This document shows, one piece after another, positions 16,444 through 26,155 of a stretch of DNA of 64,000 bases. Position 1 is the first letter of the stretch, and each line of letters starts with the position of its first letter. This DNA is from Planctomycetota bacterium. Lineage in GTDB: Bacteria; Planctomycetota; PLA2; JAEUHO01. Below the pieces are notes generated by a model. That model searched no databases. It was not told the origin of the DNA and was given only the letters and a program-made list of their open reading frames with translations. The translations under genes and the position numbers were made by a program. The stretch covers positions 1 through 64,000 of the forward strand of contig CBDCWP010000007.1 in assembly GCA_965223505.1 (NCBI GenBank), written 5' to 3'.

Positions 16444-17172
16444 TCAGTCTTCCTCCGTCGTGAAGAAGATGAGCCCGATCGTCTGGTTGCCGCTGGCTTC
16501 CTTGGCGATCACCTCGAGCTCGTACTCCGTGTCGTCTTCGAAGAATTCCGCCGGCACCGAGAGCGAGGTCGCGTCGGCCGGAAGTACGACGTCGTACCGG
16601 AAGCGCGAGTCTTCGTCGTTCGTCACGATCACCTGGTAGGAGACGATGTCGATGCCGGCGGGCGTCGACACGGCGTTCCACTTCACGACGACGTCGTCCG
16701 GGTCCACGACGTCACCGTCCTCGGGGCACGTGATCTCGGGCTCATCGGGCAGATCGTGCGTCAGCGCCACGGTGCTCGAGAGCTTGTCGCCCTCGATCGT
16801 GACGGCGCGGAACGTGTAGTCGCCCTCCGGGAAGAGCGCGAGGATCTCGTCCTTGGACAGCTCGTCGAACGTCGGCTCGTTGCTCTCGAAGCACAGGCTC
16901 GAGAGACCGAAGGTCTGCAGGTCGCCTTTTCCAGATACGTCGAGGATCAGCTTGTCGTCCGCGTTCAGGACCTGGAGCTGCCGCCACGGATCGGCGCCCA
17001 GGTTGAGCTGTACGCCGAGATCCTCGTCCGTCGCGTTGAACTCGAAGAAGAAGTCGAGCTCCTCGAGCGGTTCGGCGTCCGCCCAACCTTTGTTGTCGTC
17101 CGCCGCGCGGACGGTGGCGGACAGACCGAGCGCGGTCACCAACACGGCAAGTAGCAGGTAGGTCGTTCTCAT
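16444..17172 (-). CDS. Secreted acidic protein with C-terminal fibronectin type III-like domain
   Basis: Signal peptide ending VRA-ADD. VKWNAV...SYQV...YELEVIA...GNQT. Confidence 0.6.
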   Translation of the reverse strand: MRTTYLLLAVLVTALGLSATVRAADDNKGWADAEPLEELDFFFEFNATDEDLGVQLNLGADPWRQLQVLNADDKLILDVSGKGDLQTFGLSSLCFESNEPTFDELSKDEILALFPEGDYTFRAVTIEGDKLSSTVALTHDLPDEPEITCPEDGDVVDPDDVVVKWNAVSTPAGIDIVSYQVIVTNDEDSRFRYDVVLPADATSLSVPAEFFEDDTEYELEVIAKEASGNQTIGLIFFTTEED

Positions 17173-17393
17173 GGCATTGCCTCTCGTGGGAAGAAACGTG
17201 GTTCGAGAGGCACGCTAGGGACGGCGGCTTAGGGCGCTCTTGCGCGCAGCTTAGGGTCGGCTTGGAAGTCGAGGTGCGGGGCGACTGGCGAGGACGGGGA
17301 CCGGCGGGCCTCGAAATGGGGCGGGGGCCCGGGTTTGCGGGCTCGGTCGCCTTTTGCGGTGGGCAGGAGGTCGGCTACACTCCCAGGCCACGT

Positions 17394-17470
17394 GGGCGTA
17401 TAGCTCAGTCGGCTAGAGCGCCGCCCTGATAAGGCGGAGGTCCCTGGTTCAAGTCCAGGTACGCCCACCA
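17394..17470 (+). tRNA. tRNA-Ile (GAT)
   Basis: GGGCGTA/TACGCCC acceptor stem, anticodon arm CCGCC-CTGATAA-GGCGG, GGTTCAAGTCC T-loop and encoded CCA. Confidence 0.97.
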
Positions 17471-17772
17471 CTCAGTTTCGTGGTCGTAATTGGACCAGGG
17501 ACCGGGTGGGGGTAGGTCGCGAGAGCGACCGTAGGGGGTCACAGGACCCCCTGAGAACGCTACCCCCATTGGGCAGCGCCGCAGGCGCCTGCCCTGGTTC
17601 AAGTCCAGGTACGCCCACCACTCAGTTTCGTGGTCGTAATTGGACCAGGGACCGGGTGGGGGTAGGTCGCGAGAGCGACCGTAGGGGGTCACAGGACCCC
17701 CTGAGAACGCTACCCCCATTGGGCAGCGCCGCAGGCGCCTGCCCTGGTTCAAGTCCAGGTACGCCCACCACT
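17442..17772 (+). repeat. 150-bp perfect tandem repeat (about 2.2 copies), each unit containing the tRNA-Ile 3' end
   Basis: CCCTGGTTCAAGTCCAGGTACGCCCACCACT occurs at 17442, 17592 and 17742. The intervening segments are identical. Confidence 0.95.
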
Positions 17773-17793
17773 TCCTATTCTTTGCGACCGACC

Positions 17794-17870
17794 GGGGGCT
17801 TAGCTCAGCTGGCTAGAGCGCCGGCTTTGCAAGCCGGAGGTCAGGGGTTCGAATCCCCTAGCCTCCACCA
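17794..17870 (+). tRNA. tRNA-Ala (TGC)
   Basis: GGGGGCT/AGCCTCC acceptor with G3:U70, anticodon arm CCGGC-TTTGCAA-GCCGG and encoded CCA. Confidence 0.97.
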
Positions 17871-17893
17871 TCGGCGCGCCGGGACGAGCCTGC

Positions 17894-18145
17894 GTGGACG
17901 GCAAGCCCCAGATCGACTACCCCTGCGACTGGTCCTTTCGCCTGATCGGCGAGTCCGAGACCCGGATCCGCGCCCTCGTGGCCCGCATCCTCGGCGAGCT
18001 CGATCACTCGGTCGTCGTCTCGCGCAGCTCCGCCTCCGGTCGCTACGTCTCGCTCGAGCTCTCCTTCGTCGCCCGGGACGACGCGCACCGCACCTCGATT
18101 CACGCCGCGCTCTCCGCCCACGAGGCCGTTCGCTTCGTCCTCTAG
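17894..18145 (+). CDS. YbeD/DUF493 family protein
   Basis: IDYPCDWSFRLIG...SRSSASGRYVSL...VRFVL. Confidence 0.85.
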   Translation: MDGKPQIDYPCDWSFRLIGESETRIRALVARILGELDHSVVVSRSSASGRYVSLELSFVARDDAHRTSIHAALSAHEAVRFVL

Positions 18146-18334
18146 CCCGGACACGCGCCTGTCCCCTCCGGGAGAACCGCGCGTGCCCACAAGTCCCGGC
18201 CGTTTGTAAGATCCCCAGGAAATGGGGCTCAGGGGCCGACGGCCGCCAATCGCACGCTATTTGCGTGGGAATACACTCATTCAGGGGGCCGTCCGAGGCC
18301 GCGAGACGGACCGGCCGCTCGAGAGGAGTCCGGC

Positions 18335-18808
18335 ATGCGAGCACTGCAGGGATTGGCACTGGTACTCATCGTCGGAGGCGCGTTCGCACTGACCGCCTCC
18401 GCCGAGCTTCACACGGTCGACTACGCCGGCTACGACGCCGTCGTCACCGACACGAAGGGCGTCACGACCGAGGTCGAGGACTTCGGCTTCTGGACGGGGC
18501 CGAACATCCTCGTCGCCAAGCGCGGTGACGCGAAGGTCGAGATCCCGTTCCGGCGCATCCGCAGCCTCGAGATCCAGGCGTACCTGCCGGTCAAGGGCTA
18601 CTCGCCGGCGACGGTCACCACGAAGAAGGGCAAGACCTACAAGGTCCGAGTCGAGCGCTTCGAGGGGCGCAGGTACATCGGCGGCAAGACCGATTTCGGC
18701 ACCTTCCGCATCTACCTCATGAACATCTCGAAGCTGACGCTCAAGAAGCTCTCCCACTGGGACGAGGACCGCGGCGAGGGGCGCAACCCCACCGAGCCTC
18801 CGAAGTAA
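18335..18808 (+). CDS. Secreted hypothetical protein
   Basis: AGGAG RBS, signal peptide and typical codon usage. Confidence 0.7.
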   Translation: MRALQGLALVLIVGGAFALTASAELHTVDYAGYDAVVTDTKGVTTEVEDFGFWTGPNILVAKRGDAKVEIPFRRIRSLEIQAYLPVKGYSPATVTTKKGKTYKVRVERFEGRRYIGGKTDFGTFRIYLMNISKLTLKKLSHWDEDRGEGRNPTEPPK

Positions 18809-18890
18809 CAGGGCCTGATCGCGAATCTCTCGGCACGGGCGGCCCACGATTGGGGGCTCCCCGCGGACGCGGCGGTATCCTGATCGCCAG

Positions 18891-20582
18891 ATGACCGCGC
18901 GTGCGCCTCGCTACCTCCTCCAGTTCGACACCTACGGACTGCCGCACCATCTCGCAGATGTCCTGGTGATCGGTACGGGCGTCGCCGGCTACAGCGCCGC
19001 GCTCGCCGCGGCGGACGCGGGCGCGCGCGTTCTCGTCGTCGCCAAGGGCGACCCGCTGCTGAGCAACACGGCATGGGCGCAGGGAGGCATCGCGGCGGTA
19101 CTCCCCACGAGCCCGGACGACTCGGCCGACCAGCACGCGCAGGACACGTGCGACGTGGGCCAGGGCCTGTGCGATCGGGACCTCGTACTCGACATCTGTC
19201 GCGACGCCGCTGCGAGCATCGAGGCGCTGCGGGCGTGGGGCGCCACGTTCGACGTCGGCGACGGCGAGAACGAGGACGGAGTGGCGCTCGGTCTCGAAGG
19301 CGGGCATCGCGTTGCGCGCATCCTGCATGCCCGAGGTGATGCCACGGGCGCCGAGATCCGCGACACGCTCGCCGCGGCCGCACAAGCGAACGAGCGCATC
19401 GAAGAGTGGGGCGGCACCTACGTCGTGGATCTGCTGACCGACGGCGACGGCCGCTGCCTCGGCGCGCTCGCGCTCGTCGACGGCCGGCTGCGAGCCATCT
19501 GGGCCGGCGCGGTCGTGCTCGCCGCCGGCGGCTACGCCCAGATCTTCCAGGAATCGAGCAATGTGCCCGGCGCCACCGGGGACGGCATCGCGATCGCGTA
19601 TCGCGCCGGCGCGGTCGTGCAGGACATGGAGTTCGTGCAGTTCCACCCGACGACGCTCTATCTGGCCGGTGTGCCGCGGCTGCTCATCACCGAGGCGGTT
19701 CGCGGCGAGGGCGCGCACATCATCGACGATCTCGGGCGCCGCTTCCTCACCGACGTGCACGAGCGTGCCGAGCTCGCGCCGCGCGACGTCATCTCACGCG
19801 CGATCATGAAGCATCTCGAACGCTCGGATGTGGACGGTGTGTTCCTGGACCTCACCCATCTCGACGCGTCGCACATGGCGCGGCGCTTCCCGGGCGTCGT
19901 CAACTCGTGCCGTGCGCACGGTCTGGACATCTCCACCGACCGCATACCGATTCGTCCCGCCGCCCACTACTCCATCGGCGGCGTGCGCACGGACCAGCAG
20001 GGCGCCACCTCGTTGAGCGGTCTCTACGCCGCCGGCGAGGTCAGCTCGACCGGACTCCACGGCGCCAACCGACTCGCGTCGAACTCGCTGCTCGAGGGGC
20101 TGGTCATGGGCAGGCGCGCCGGCGCGGGCGCTTCGAAGTACGCTGCCGAACAGGTCTCGAAGCCGGCGAAGCTGACCGGCGCCGGAACCGGCAGCCAGAC
20201 CACCGGGTTCCTCGACGTGAACGACCTGCGCGTGTCGCTCAAGGCGCTGCTTTGGCGCGAGGCCGGGATCGAGCGGAGCGCAGGCAACCTGACCGGCGCC
20301 GCCGCCGCGGTGCGGGGTTGGGAGGAGTTCGCGCGACGGGTCGTCGGCCAGGCGGGCGTGCACCGCCTCACGCTGCTGAACATGCTCTGCGCGGCGCGAT
20401 TGATGACCGAGTCCGCGTTCATCCGGGAAGAGAGCCGCGGAACGCACTACCGCCGCGACTTCCCCGATCGGGACGACGAGCACTGGACGGTTCACATCAC
20501 GCATCAAGCGGACGAGGCCGTACCGGACCTCGTGCCGCTGGTCGCCGCGGGTGGAGCGGTGCCCGCGGGGGAGCGCGCATGA
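18891..20582 (+). CDS. nadB: L-aspartate oxidase
   Basis: IGTGVAG, WAQGGIAA, EFVQFHPT, LITEAVRGEG, ELAPRD and GLHGANRLASNSLLEG. Confidence 0.95.
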   Translation: MTARAPRYLLQFDTYGLPHHLADVLVIGTGVAGYSAALAAADAGARVLVVAKGDPLLSNTAWAQGGIAAVLPTSPDDSADQHAQDTCDVGQGLCDRDLVLDICRDAAASIEALRAWGATFDVGDGENEDGVALGLEGGHRVARILHARGDATGAEIRDTLAAAAQANERIEEWGGTYVVDLLTDGDGRCLGALALVDGRLRAIWAGAVVLAAGGYAQIFQESSNVPGATGDGIAIAYRAGAVVQDMEFVQFHPTTLYLAGVPRLLITEAVRGEGAHIIDDLGRRFLTDVHERAELAPRDVISRAIMKHLERSDVDGVFLDLTHLDASHMARRFPGVVNSCRAHGLDISTDRIPIRPAAHYSIGGVRTDQQGATSLSGLYAAGEVSSTGLHGANRLASNSLLEGLVMGRRAGAGASKYAAEQVSKPAKLTGAGTGSQTTGFLDVNDLRVSLKALLWREAGIERSAGNLTGAAAAVRGWEEFARRVVGQAGVHRLTLLNMLCAARLMTESAFIREESRGTHYRRDFPDRDDEHWTVHITHQADEAVPDLVPLVAAGGAVPAGERA

Positions 20583-21910
20583 AGCTCGATCCCCTGCCCG
20601 GCGTCAAGCGTGGTGGAGAGGATCGAGAGACCGCCGTTCTGGTGGGGCTCGATCTCCCGGAGAATCACGCGTCCCTGCCCGGCCAGCTCGACGAGCTCGA
20701 GCTGCTCGCCGACACCGCCGGTGCGGACGTCATCGAGCGGTTCATACAGAAGCGCCCGAAGCCGAACGCCCGTACGTTCATCGGCAGCGGCAAGGCGGTG
20801 GAGATCGGCCGATTCATGAAGGGGGCGGGCGCCGACCTGGCCATCTTCGATCACGATCTGTCGCCGTCGCAGTCGCGCAACCTCGAGAAGATCCTCGGCG
20901 GGCGCGTCATCGACCGCACGGAGCTCATCCTCGACATCTTCGTTCGCCGCGCGAAGAGCGGCATGGCGAAGGCGCAGGTCGAGCTCGCGCAGATGGAGTA
21001 CGCGCTGCCGCGCCTGAAGCGGCTGTGGACCCACCTCAATCGCGAGGTCGGAACCGGAAAGGCCGGCATAGGCGTGCGCGGACCGGGTGAGAAGCAGATC
21101 GAGACCGACCGCCGGTTGGTTCGCAAGCGCATTCGCGATCTGCGTCAGAACCTCGAGGAGATGCAGGCGCATCGCGTGCGTCAGACGCGCGCGCGCGGCA
21201 AGTACTTCACGGCGTGCCTCGTCGGATACACGAACGCCGGCAAGAGCACCTTGCTGCGCGCGCTGACCGGCGCCGACGTGTTCATCCAGGACCGTCTGTT
21301 CGCGACGTTGGACACGACGACGCGCGCGTGGACGATCGCGCCGCACCGGCGCATCTTCCTGTCGGACACCGTCGGGTTCATTCGCGACCTGCCGCACCAC
21401 CTCGTCAGCAGCTTCCTCGCGACGCTCGAGGAGGCGCGCTTCGCGGACGTGCTCCTGCATGTCGTCGACGCGGCGGATCCCGACGTGTTCGAGCACATCG
21501 ACGTCGTCGAGGAGACGCTGTCGGAGATCGGTGCGGGCGGCATCCCGCGCATCTCGGTGTTGAACCAGATCGACCGCGTGGACGACGCGGCACGGCTGCG
21601 CCTTCTCGAGGAGCGACTGCCGCACGCCGTCCGTACCAGCGCCACGACCGGTGACGGCCTCGACGATCTGAAGCACGCGGTGTTCGAGTACGTCACGCGC
21701 CGGCACCTCGACCTGGTGATCGAGAGCGACCCGGGCAACGGCAAGCTGCTCTCGCGTCTACAAGAGTGGGGCGAGGTCCAGGACACGACGTACCTGAACG
21801 GAAAGGTGCGCGTCGAGGTGCGCGTCGCACAGCGCTACCTCGATCACATCAAGTCCGAAGGCGGCATCGTCGTGGAGGGGGAGCCGGCGTCCCTGGAGGA
21901 GGAGACGTAG
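20579..21910 (+). CDS. hflX: GTPase HflX
   Basis: ATGA overlap with nadB. IDRTELILDIF, RGPGEKQIETDRR, GYTNAGKST, LFATLD and DTVGFI. Confidence 0.95.
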   Translation: MKLDPLPGVKRGGEDRETAVLVGLDLPENHASLPGQLDELELLADTAGADVIERFIQKRPKPNARTFIGSGKAVEIGRFMKGAGADLAIFDHDLSPSQSRNLEKILGGRVIDRTELILDIFVRRAKSGMAKAQVELAQMEYALPRLKRLWTHLNREVGTGKAGIGVRGPGEKQIETDRRLVRKRIRDLRQNLEEMQAHRVRQTRARGKYFTACLVGYTNAGKSTLLRALTGADVFIQDRLFATLDTTTRAWTIAPHRRIFLSDTVGFIRDLPHHLVSSFLATLEEARFADVLLHVVDAADPDVFEHIDVVEETLSEIGAGGIPRISVLNQIDRVDDAARLRLLEERLPHAVRTSATTGDGLDDLKHAVFEYVTRRHLDLVIESDPGNGKLLSRLQEWGEVQDTTYLNGKVRVEVRVAQRYLDHIKSEGGIVVEGEPASLEEET

Positions 21911-21957
21911 GGGCGGCCGCCACGCGAGGTGGCGACCGACCGACCTGCGTTCCGTCT

Positions 21958-24900
21958 CTACCGCGCCGGCGCCACCTCGCTCTTGCGCTCGCCTGTGAGC
22001 TCCTCGCCCATGGCCCACATCGGGAACATGACGAGGCCCGCAATCAGCGCGATCACGACGAACGCCAGACCCCAAACGGCCCACAGGATCGCCGCAACCG
22101 GCAGCGCGAGCAGCAGCGCCGCGCTCTGCGCGCACTTGGTCACGAGATCGTTGTTCGGCGCGATGCCCTTGATGCGCTCCCACAGCCACGGCAGGTAGAG
22201 CAACAGCGGTGACGCGATGGCGATCGTCGAATAGGTCCCGATGATCGAGCCGAGGATCAGCAAGAAGGCGAAGCCCTCCAGCACGTTGCGCTGTCCGAGG
22301 TTCAAGCCGAAGAGCGCGAGACAGACGAGCAGGAACGTCAGCGACGTTCGGATCGTGCGCGCCAGCGTCTGGTTGATCGACAGGTCGATGACCTCGGGCG
22401 TGATCCGCGGGTTCTTGCCGCGATTCTCGCGAATGCGGTCGAAGATCACCACCGTGTCGTTCACGGAGTAGCCCACCAGCGTCAGGAACGCGGCGACCAT
22501 CGCCAGGTTGATCTTCGCGTCGACCAGGCCGAGCGAGTTCGCCAGTGCCACGAGTCCGAGACAGATCGCAACGTCGTGGAACAGGCAGAACACGGCGGCG
22601 AAGCCCATCGCCCGCGAGTTGAAGCGGATCGCGATGTAGATGATGATCCCGATCAGCGAGAGCAACAGCGCGATGATCGCGTTGTTCTTCGCACGCTCCG
22701 CCGGGGCGGAGCCGATCTGGTCCTGAGACGGGAACGGCCGGCTCAGGCCGAGCTTCGACGTGTCGCCCCCGCCCTCGCCGAGTCGCTCCTTCAAGAGGTC
22801 GCGGAACTCCTTGCCGCCCATGAACTCGCCGAGGTTCTTCATGAGCCGATCGGAGATCTCGAACGAATCGCTGTCGTCCTGCCGGCTCTTGAACCAGACG
22901 TCGAACGCCTTCAGACCGGGCGCGGGGGATTCACCGTCGCGCACCTCGACGGTACGAACCAGCCCGGTGATGTTCGCCGGGTCGTTCCGTGACCGTTTGG
23001 ACCCCTGGTAGGTGAAGTAGGGGAACTTGGTCTCGAGCAGATCCCGCAGATCGGCCGCCGTCAGCACGTCGGCCGGATCGTCGAAGGCCACCGCGAACGT
23101 CTGCGCGCCGTCCACGTTCGCCAGCGGATCGTCGTCGCCCGTCTTCGTGTACTTGACCGGTTCGCTCAGGAGCCAGTGGGGCAGCAGCTCGGCGTCGAAG
23201 ACGCTGCCGACGTACTGCTCGAACTGGCGGGCCCGGACGGGCTCCATCTGCTCGCGCTGATCGTCGGGGATGTCGTCGAAGAGCGCCTGGACGGTGATCT
23301 CCACGCTCGGACGCTTTCCGATGACCTCGAGCACCTGGGCGTCGTCGTACGGCCCCAGCTCGTCGGCGAACTTCCGCGTCTCGATCCCGTCCTCGGTTTC
23401 GACCTCGTCGCTGACCTCGACCTTGCGCACCTGGGTCGCCAGTCGTTGCTTCACCTCGTCGACGGTCAGGGCGTCCTTGGTCTGGATCTGCAGCTTGTAG
23501 CCGCCGGTGAAGTCCACGTCGTAGAGCGTGTTGCGCTCCGTCATCGCGAAGATCGCGAGGCCGATCACGACCAGGATCACGCTGATCGGCGCGAACATGC
23601 GCCGCAACGCGAGCCACGAGATGGTCGGGATGGTCTTCGAGCCGTAGGTGCCGAGCTTCTGCAGCCCGCCCTGGCGCAGTCGCCACTCGAAGATCGTCCG
23701 CGTGACGAAGATGGCGGTGAACATCGAGACCAGGAGGCCGATGCCGAGCGTGACGGCGAAGCCCTTGATCGTTCCGCTGCCGTAGGCGTAGAGGAAGATC
23801 GCCGTGATGACGCTGGTCACGTTGGCGTCGATGATGGCGCTCAGCGCGCGGGCGTAGCCCTCGGAGAGCGCTCTTCGCAGTGTTCGACCCGCGCGACGTT
23901 CCTCTCGAATGCGCTCGTTGATCAGGATGTTTGCGTCGACCGCCATACCGACCGTCAGCACGATGCCCGCGATGCCGGGCAGGGTCAGCACGGCCTGGAA
24001 GAAGGCCAGGAAGCCGACGAGCAGCACGAGGTTCAAGAGCAGCGCGATGTTCGCGACGATGCCGGCGCCGCGGTAGTAGACCATCATGAAGATCAGCACG
24101 AGGCCGAACGCGACGAGTACGGCCAGGATGCCGCGGTCGCGCGACTGGCCCGCGAGGCTGGCGCCCATCGTCGCGCGGGACTCGAGCTTCGGCCGAATGT
24201 CCAGCGCGCCCGTCTCGAGGACGGTCGCCAACGCGCGCGCCTTCTTCTCCGCCTCTTCGAAGTTCGTCTCTCCGAGCGTGATCTGGACGTTGTCGGTCAG
24301 CTTCGAGTTGATCCGCGGCGCGGTGTCGTACTCCTCGTTGAGCACGATCGCCATGGGCAGGGCGATGTTCTGCTCCGTCCACTGGCCGAACTCGTTCTGG
24401 TACTTGCCCTTCACGTCGAAGTTCACGACGGCCTTGCCGAACTGGTCCTGGCCCACGCGGGGGTTCTTCAGCATCTTGCCGTCGAACCGGAACTGCTTCG
24501 GCGGCTGCTCGAGGACGTGGAAGTGGCCGACCTCCGTGCCGGGATACGCGGCGTTCTTGACGATGTAGAAGCGCGGGTCGGACGACTTGTACTGCACGCC
24601 CCTGGACTTGGCGTCCTTCCAGGCCTGGAACTCACGGGCCTTGAAGTCGTTGAATTCCTGCTCGGTTCCCGTCCACACCTTCGTGCGCTTCGGGTTGTCG
24701 TCGGCATCGAAGTTGTACTGCGGCAGCACCTCGATGCGGAACTGCAGGTTCCCGAGCGTGGTGACGACCTCGACGATCGACTCCGTCTCCATGCCGGTCG
24801 GAAGGGAGATCTCGAACTTGTTCTCGCCCACCGGCGTCAGCGTGATCTCGGCGACGCCGTGGGCGTTGATGCGCTTCTCGATGACCTCGATGACGCTGTC

Positions 24901-25104
24901 CACGAAGACCTCGCGCTGCGAAGGGGTCATGGGGTCGAGGCGTCCGGCCTCGATGCCCCCCTCGATGTCGAGCGAGAATCGCAGCGTGGTGCCGCCCTCG
25001 AGGTCCTGGCCGAGCTTGATGCCCCAGGCCTGGAAGGACCACACGAGCAACGCCGTGACGATGATGATGAGAACGAACCTTGATCGAGTGTTCGTCTGTT
25101 CCAT
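21958..25104 (-). CDS. secDF: Fused protein translocase subunit SecDF
   Basis: LGQDLEGG, LTLPGIAGIVLTVGMAVDANILINERIREE, DFTGG and GYSVNDTVVIFDRIRE. Confidence 0.95.
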   Translation of the reverse strand: MEQTNTRSRFVLIIIVTALLVWSFQAWGIKLGQDLEGGTTLRFSLDIEGGIEAGRLDPMTPSQREVFVDSVIEVIEKRINAHGVAEITLTPVGENKFEISLPTGMETESIVEVVTTLGNLQFRIEVLPQYNFDADDNPKRTKVWTGTEQEFNDFKAREFQAWKDAKSRGVQYKSSDPRFYIVKNAAYPGTEVGHFHVLEQPPKQFRFDGKMLKNPRVGQDQFGKAVVNFDVKGKYQNEFGQWTEQNIALPMAIVLNEEYDTAPRINSKLTDNVQITLGETNFEEAEKKARALATVLETGALDIRPKLESRATMGASLAGQSRDRGILAVLVAFGLVLIFMMVYYRGAGIVANIALLLNLVLLVGFLAFFQAVLTLPGIAGIVLTVGMAVDANILINERIREERRAGRTLRRALSEGYARALSAIIDANVTSVITAIFLYAYGSGTIKGFAVTLGIGLLVSMFTAIFVTRTIFEWRLRQGGLQKLGTYGSKTIPTISWLALRRMFAPISVILVVIGLAIFAMTERNTLYDVDFTGGYKLQIQTKDALTVDEVKQRLATQVRKVEVSDEVETEDGIETRKFADELGPYDDAQVLEVIGKRPSVEITVQALFDDIPDDQREQMEPVRARQFEQYVGSVFDAELLPHWLLSEPVKYTKTGDDDPLANVDGAQTFAVAFDDPADVLTAADLRDLLETKFPYFTYQGSKRSRNDPANITGLVRTVEVRDGESPAPGLKAFDVWFKSRQDDSDSFEISDRLMKNLGEFMGGKEFRDLLKERLGEGGGDTSKLGLSRPFPSQDQIGSAPAERAKNNAIIALLLSLIGIIIYIAIRFNSRAMGFAAVFCLFHDVAICLGLVALANSLGLVDAKINLAMVAAFLTLVGYSVNDTVVIFDRIRENRGKNPRITPEVIDLSINQTLARTIRTSLTFLLVCLALFGLNLGQRNVLEGFAFLLILGSIIGTYSTIAIASPLLLYLPWLWERIKGIAPNNDLVTKCAQSAALLLALPVAAILWAVWGLAFVVIALIAGLVMFPMWAMGEELTGERKSEVAPAR

Positions 25105-25256
25105 GTGACAACTCCTGCGGACTCTTCTCGGCGATGGCCGACGCGCGAGTCCCGGCGCGGAAATTCGATAGGGGAGGCTGCCGTGAGCAGCACGTCTTGC
25201 GAAGGGTCCGCACCTGAGGTTCGGCCGGTCGTCCGGCCCGCGTGCGGACCCCTTGC

Positions 25257-25616
25257 TCAGAGCAGTCGAGCGGTCTCGCTTGCGACGAGACGACGACTCA
25301 CGTCGTCGGCATCGGATCCGTCGGAAACCGTCTCGCGCGGCGCGGGCCAGACGGCCGTCTCGTCACGCGCGGGATGGATGATCGGGGTCTCGACGTTCGA
25401 CGCGGACGCTCCCGTGTCGACGCCGTCGGAGCGCGACTGGATCGAGCGGCCCAACGCGCTCAGCACCGCGGCAGAGAGATCGCCGGTGCCGGCGCCGCAC
25501 GCGTCGCTCTCGCCCGGGCTCAAGACGGAGAGGCCGAGTGGCAGTCCGACCACGAGCAGCAGCGTGAGCGTCGTACCCAGCGCGAGCATCCGGCGGGTAG
25601 TGCGCTCGTGCCTCAA
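25257..25616 (-). CDS. Hypothetical protein with N-terminal TM segment
   Basis: TTG start overlapping the yajC stop codon. Lies between yajC and secDF. Confidence 0.4.
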   Translation of the reverse strand: MRHERTTRRMLALGTTLTLLLVVGLPLGLSVLSPGESDACGAGTGDLSAAVLSALGRSIQSRSDGVDTGASASNVETPIIHPARDETAVWPAPRETVSDGSDADDVSRRLVASETARLL

Positions 25617-25963
25617 GCCGTCACCTTCTCGCCCTCGTTGCCCGTGACCACCTGCCAGATGGCCTGGCGGCTGAACTTCACGCGGACGTTGTTCTTGTCG
25701 TCGATGCGCAGGACGACGGTTTCGTCGTCCACGTTCACCACGGTCCCATGGATGCCCGCATTCGTGACGACTTTGTCGTGCTTCTTGATCGCCTGCACCT
25801 GCGCTTCCCTCTGCTTGCGCTCTTTCGACGCCGGGCGGAAGACCAGCAGCCAGAAGATCACGCCGACGATGATGATCGGCATGAAGAAGTTGAGCATGCT
25901 CCCGCCCTCGCCTTCGCCGTCGGCGGCGAGGGAGACGAGCGTGTGAAGCCAGGTCGACGGCAC
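25613..25963 (-). CDS. yajC: Preprotein translocase subunit YajC
   Basis: FWLLVFRP...KKHDKVVTNAGIHGTV...RVKFSRQAI. GTG start after GGAGG (alternative ATG at 25897). Confidence 0.9.
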   Translation of the reverse strand: MPSTWLHTLVSLAADGEGEGGSMLNFFMPIIIVGVIFWLLVFRPASKERKQREAQVQAIKKHDKVVTNAGIHGTVVNVDDETVVLRIDDKNNVRVKFSRQAIWQVVTGNEGEKVTA

Positions 25964-26155
25964 GGAACCCTCCAACCGGCCGCCTCGGGGCGCGAGCCCC
26001 TTTGGCGCCGGAACCGCGTATCGTAGGCCCGCGGCGACGGGTCCCCGCCGAATTGCGGTGCGTTCGGCCCGCTCCGGGTCATCCTGCGGGGGGCCGCCGA
26101 AGCGGCCCGAACCCCGGTCCGGCGCCGCCGTTCTCAGGAGTCCGAACCTCGACCC

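Noticed and set aside
17405..17752. 115-aa repeated-sequence ORF on the minus strand
   Set aside because: It is antisense to tRNA-Ile and the tandem repeat and shows no coding signature.
17442..17772. CRISPR array
   Set aside because: The 29-bp repeat is the tRNA 3' end, the spacers are identical and about 120 bp long, and no cas genes are present.
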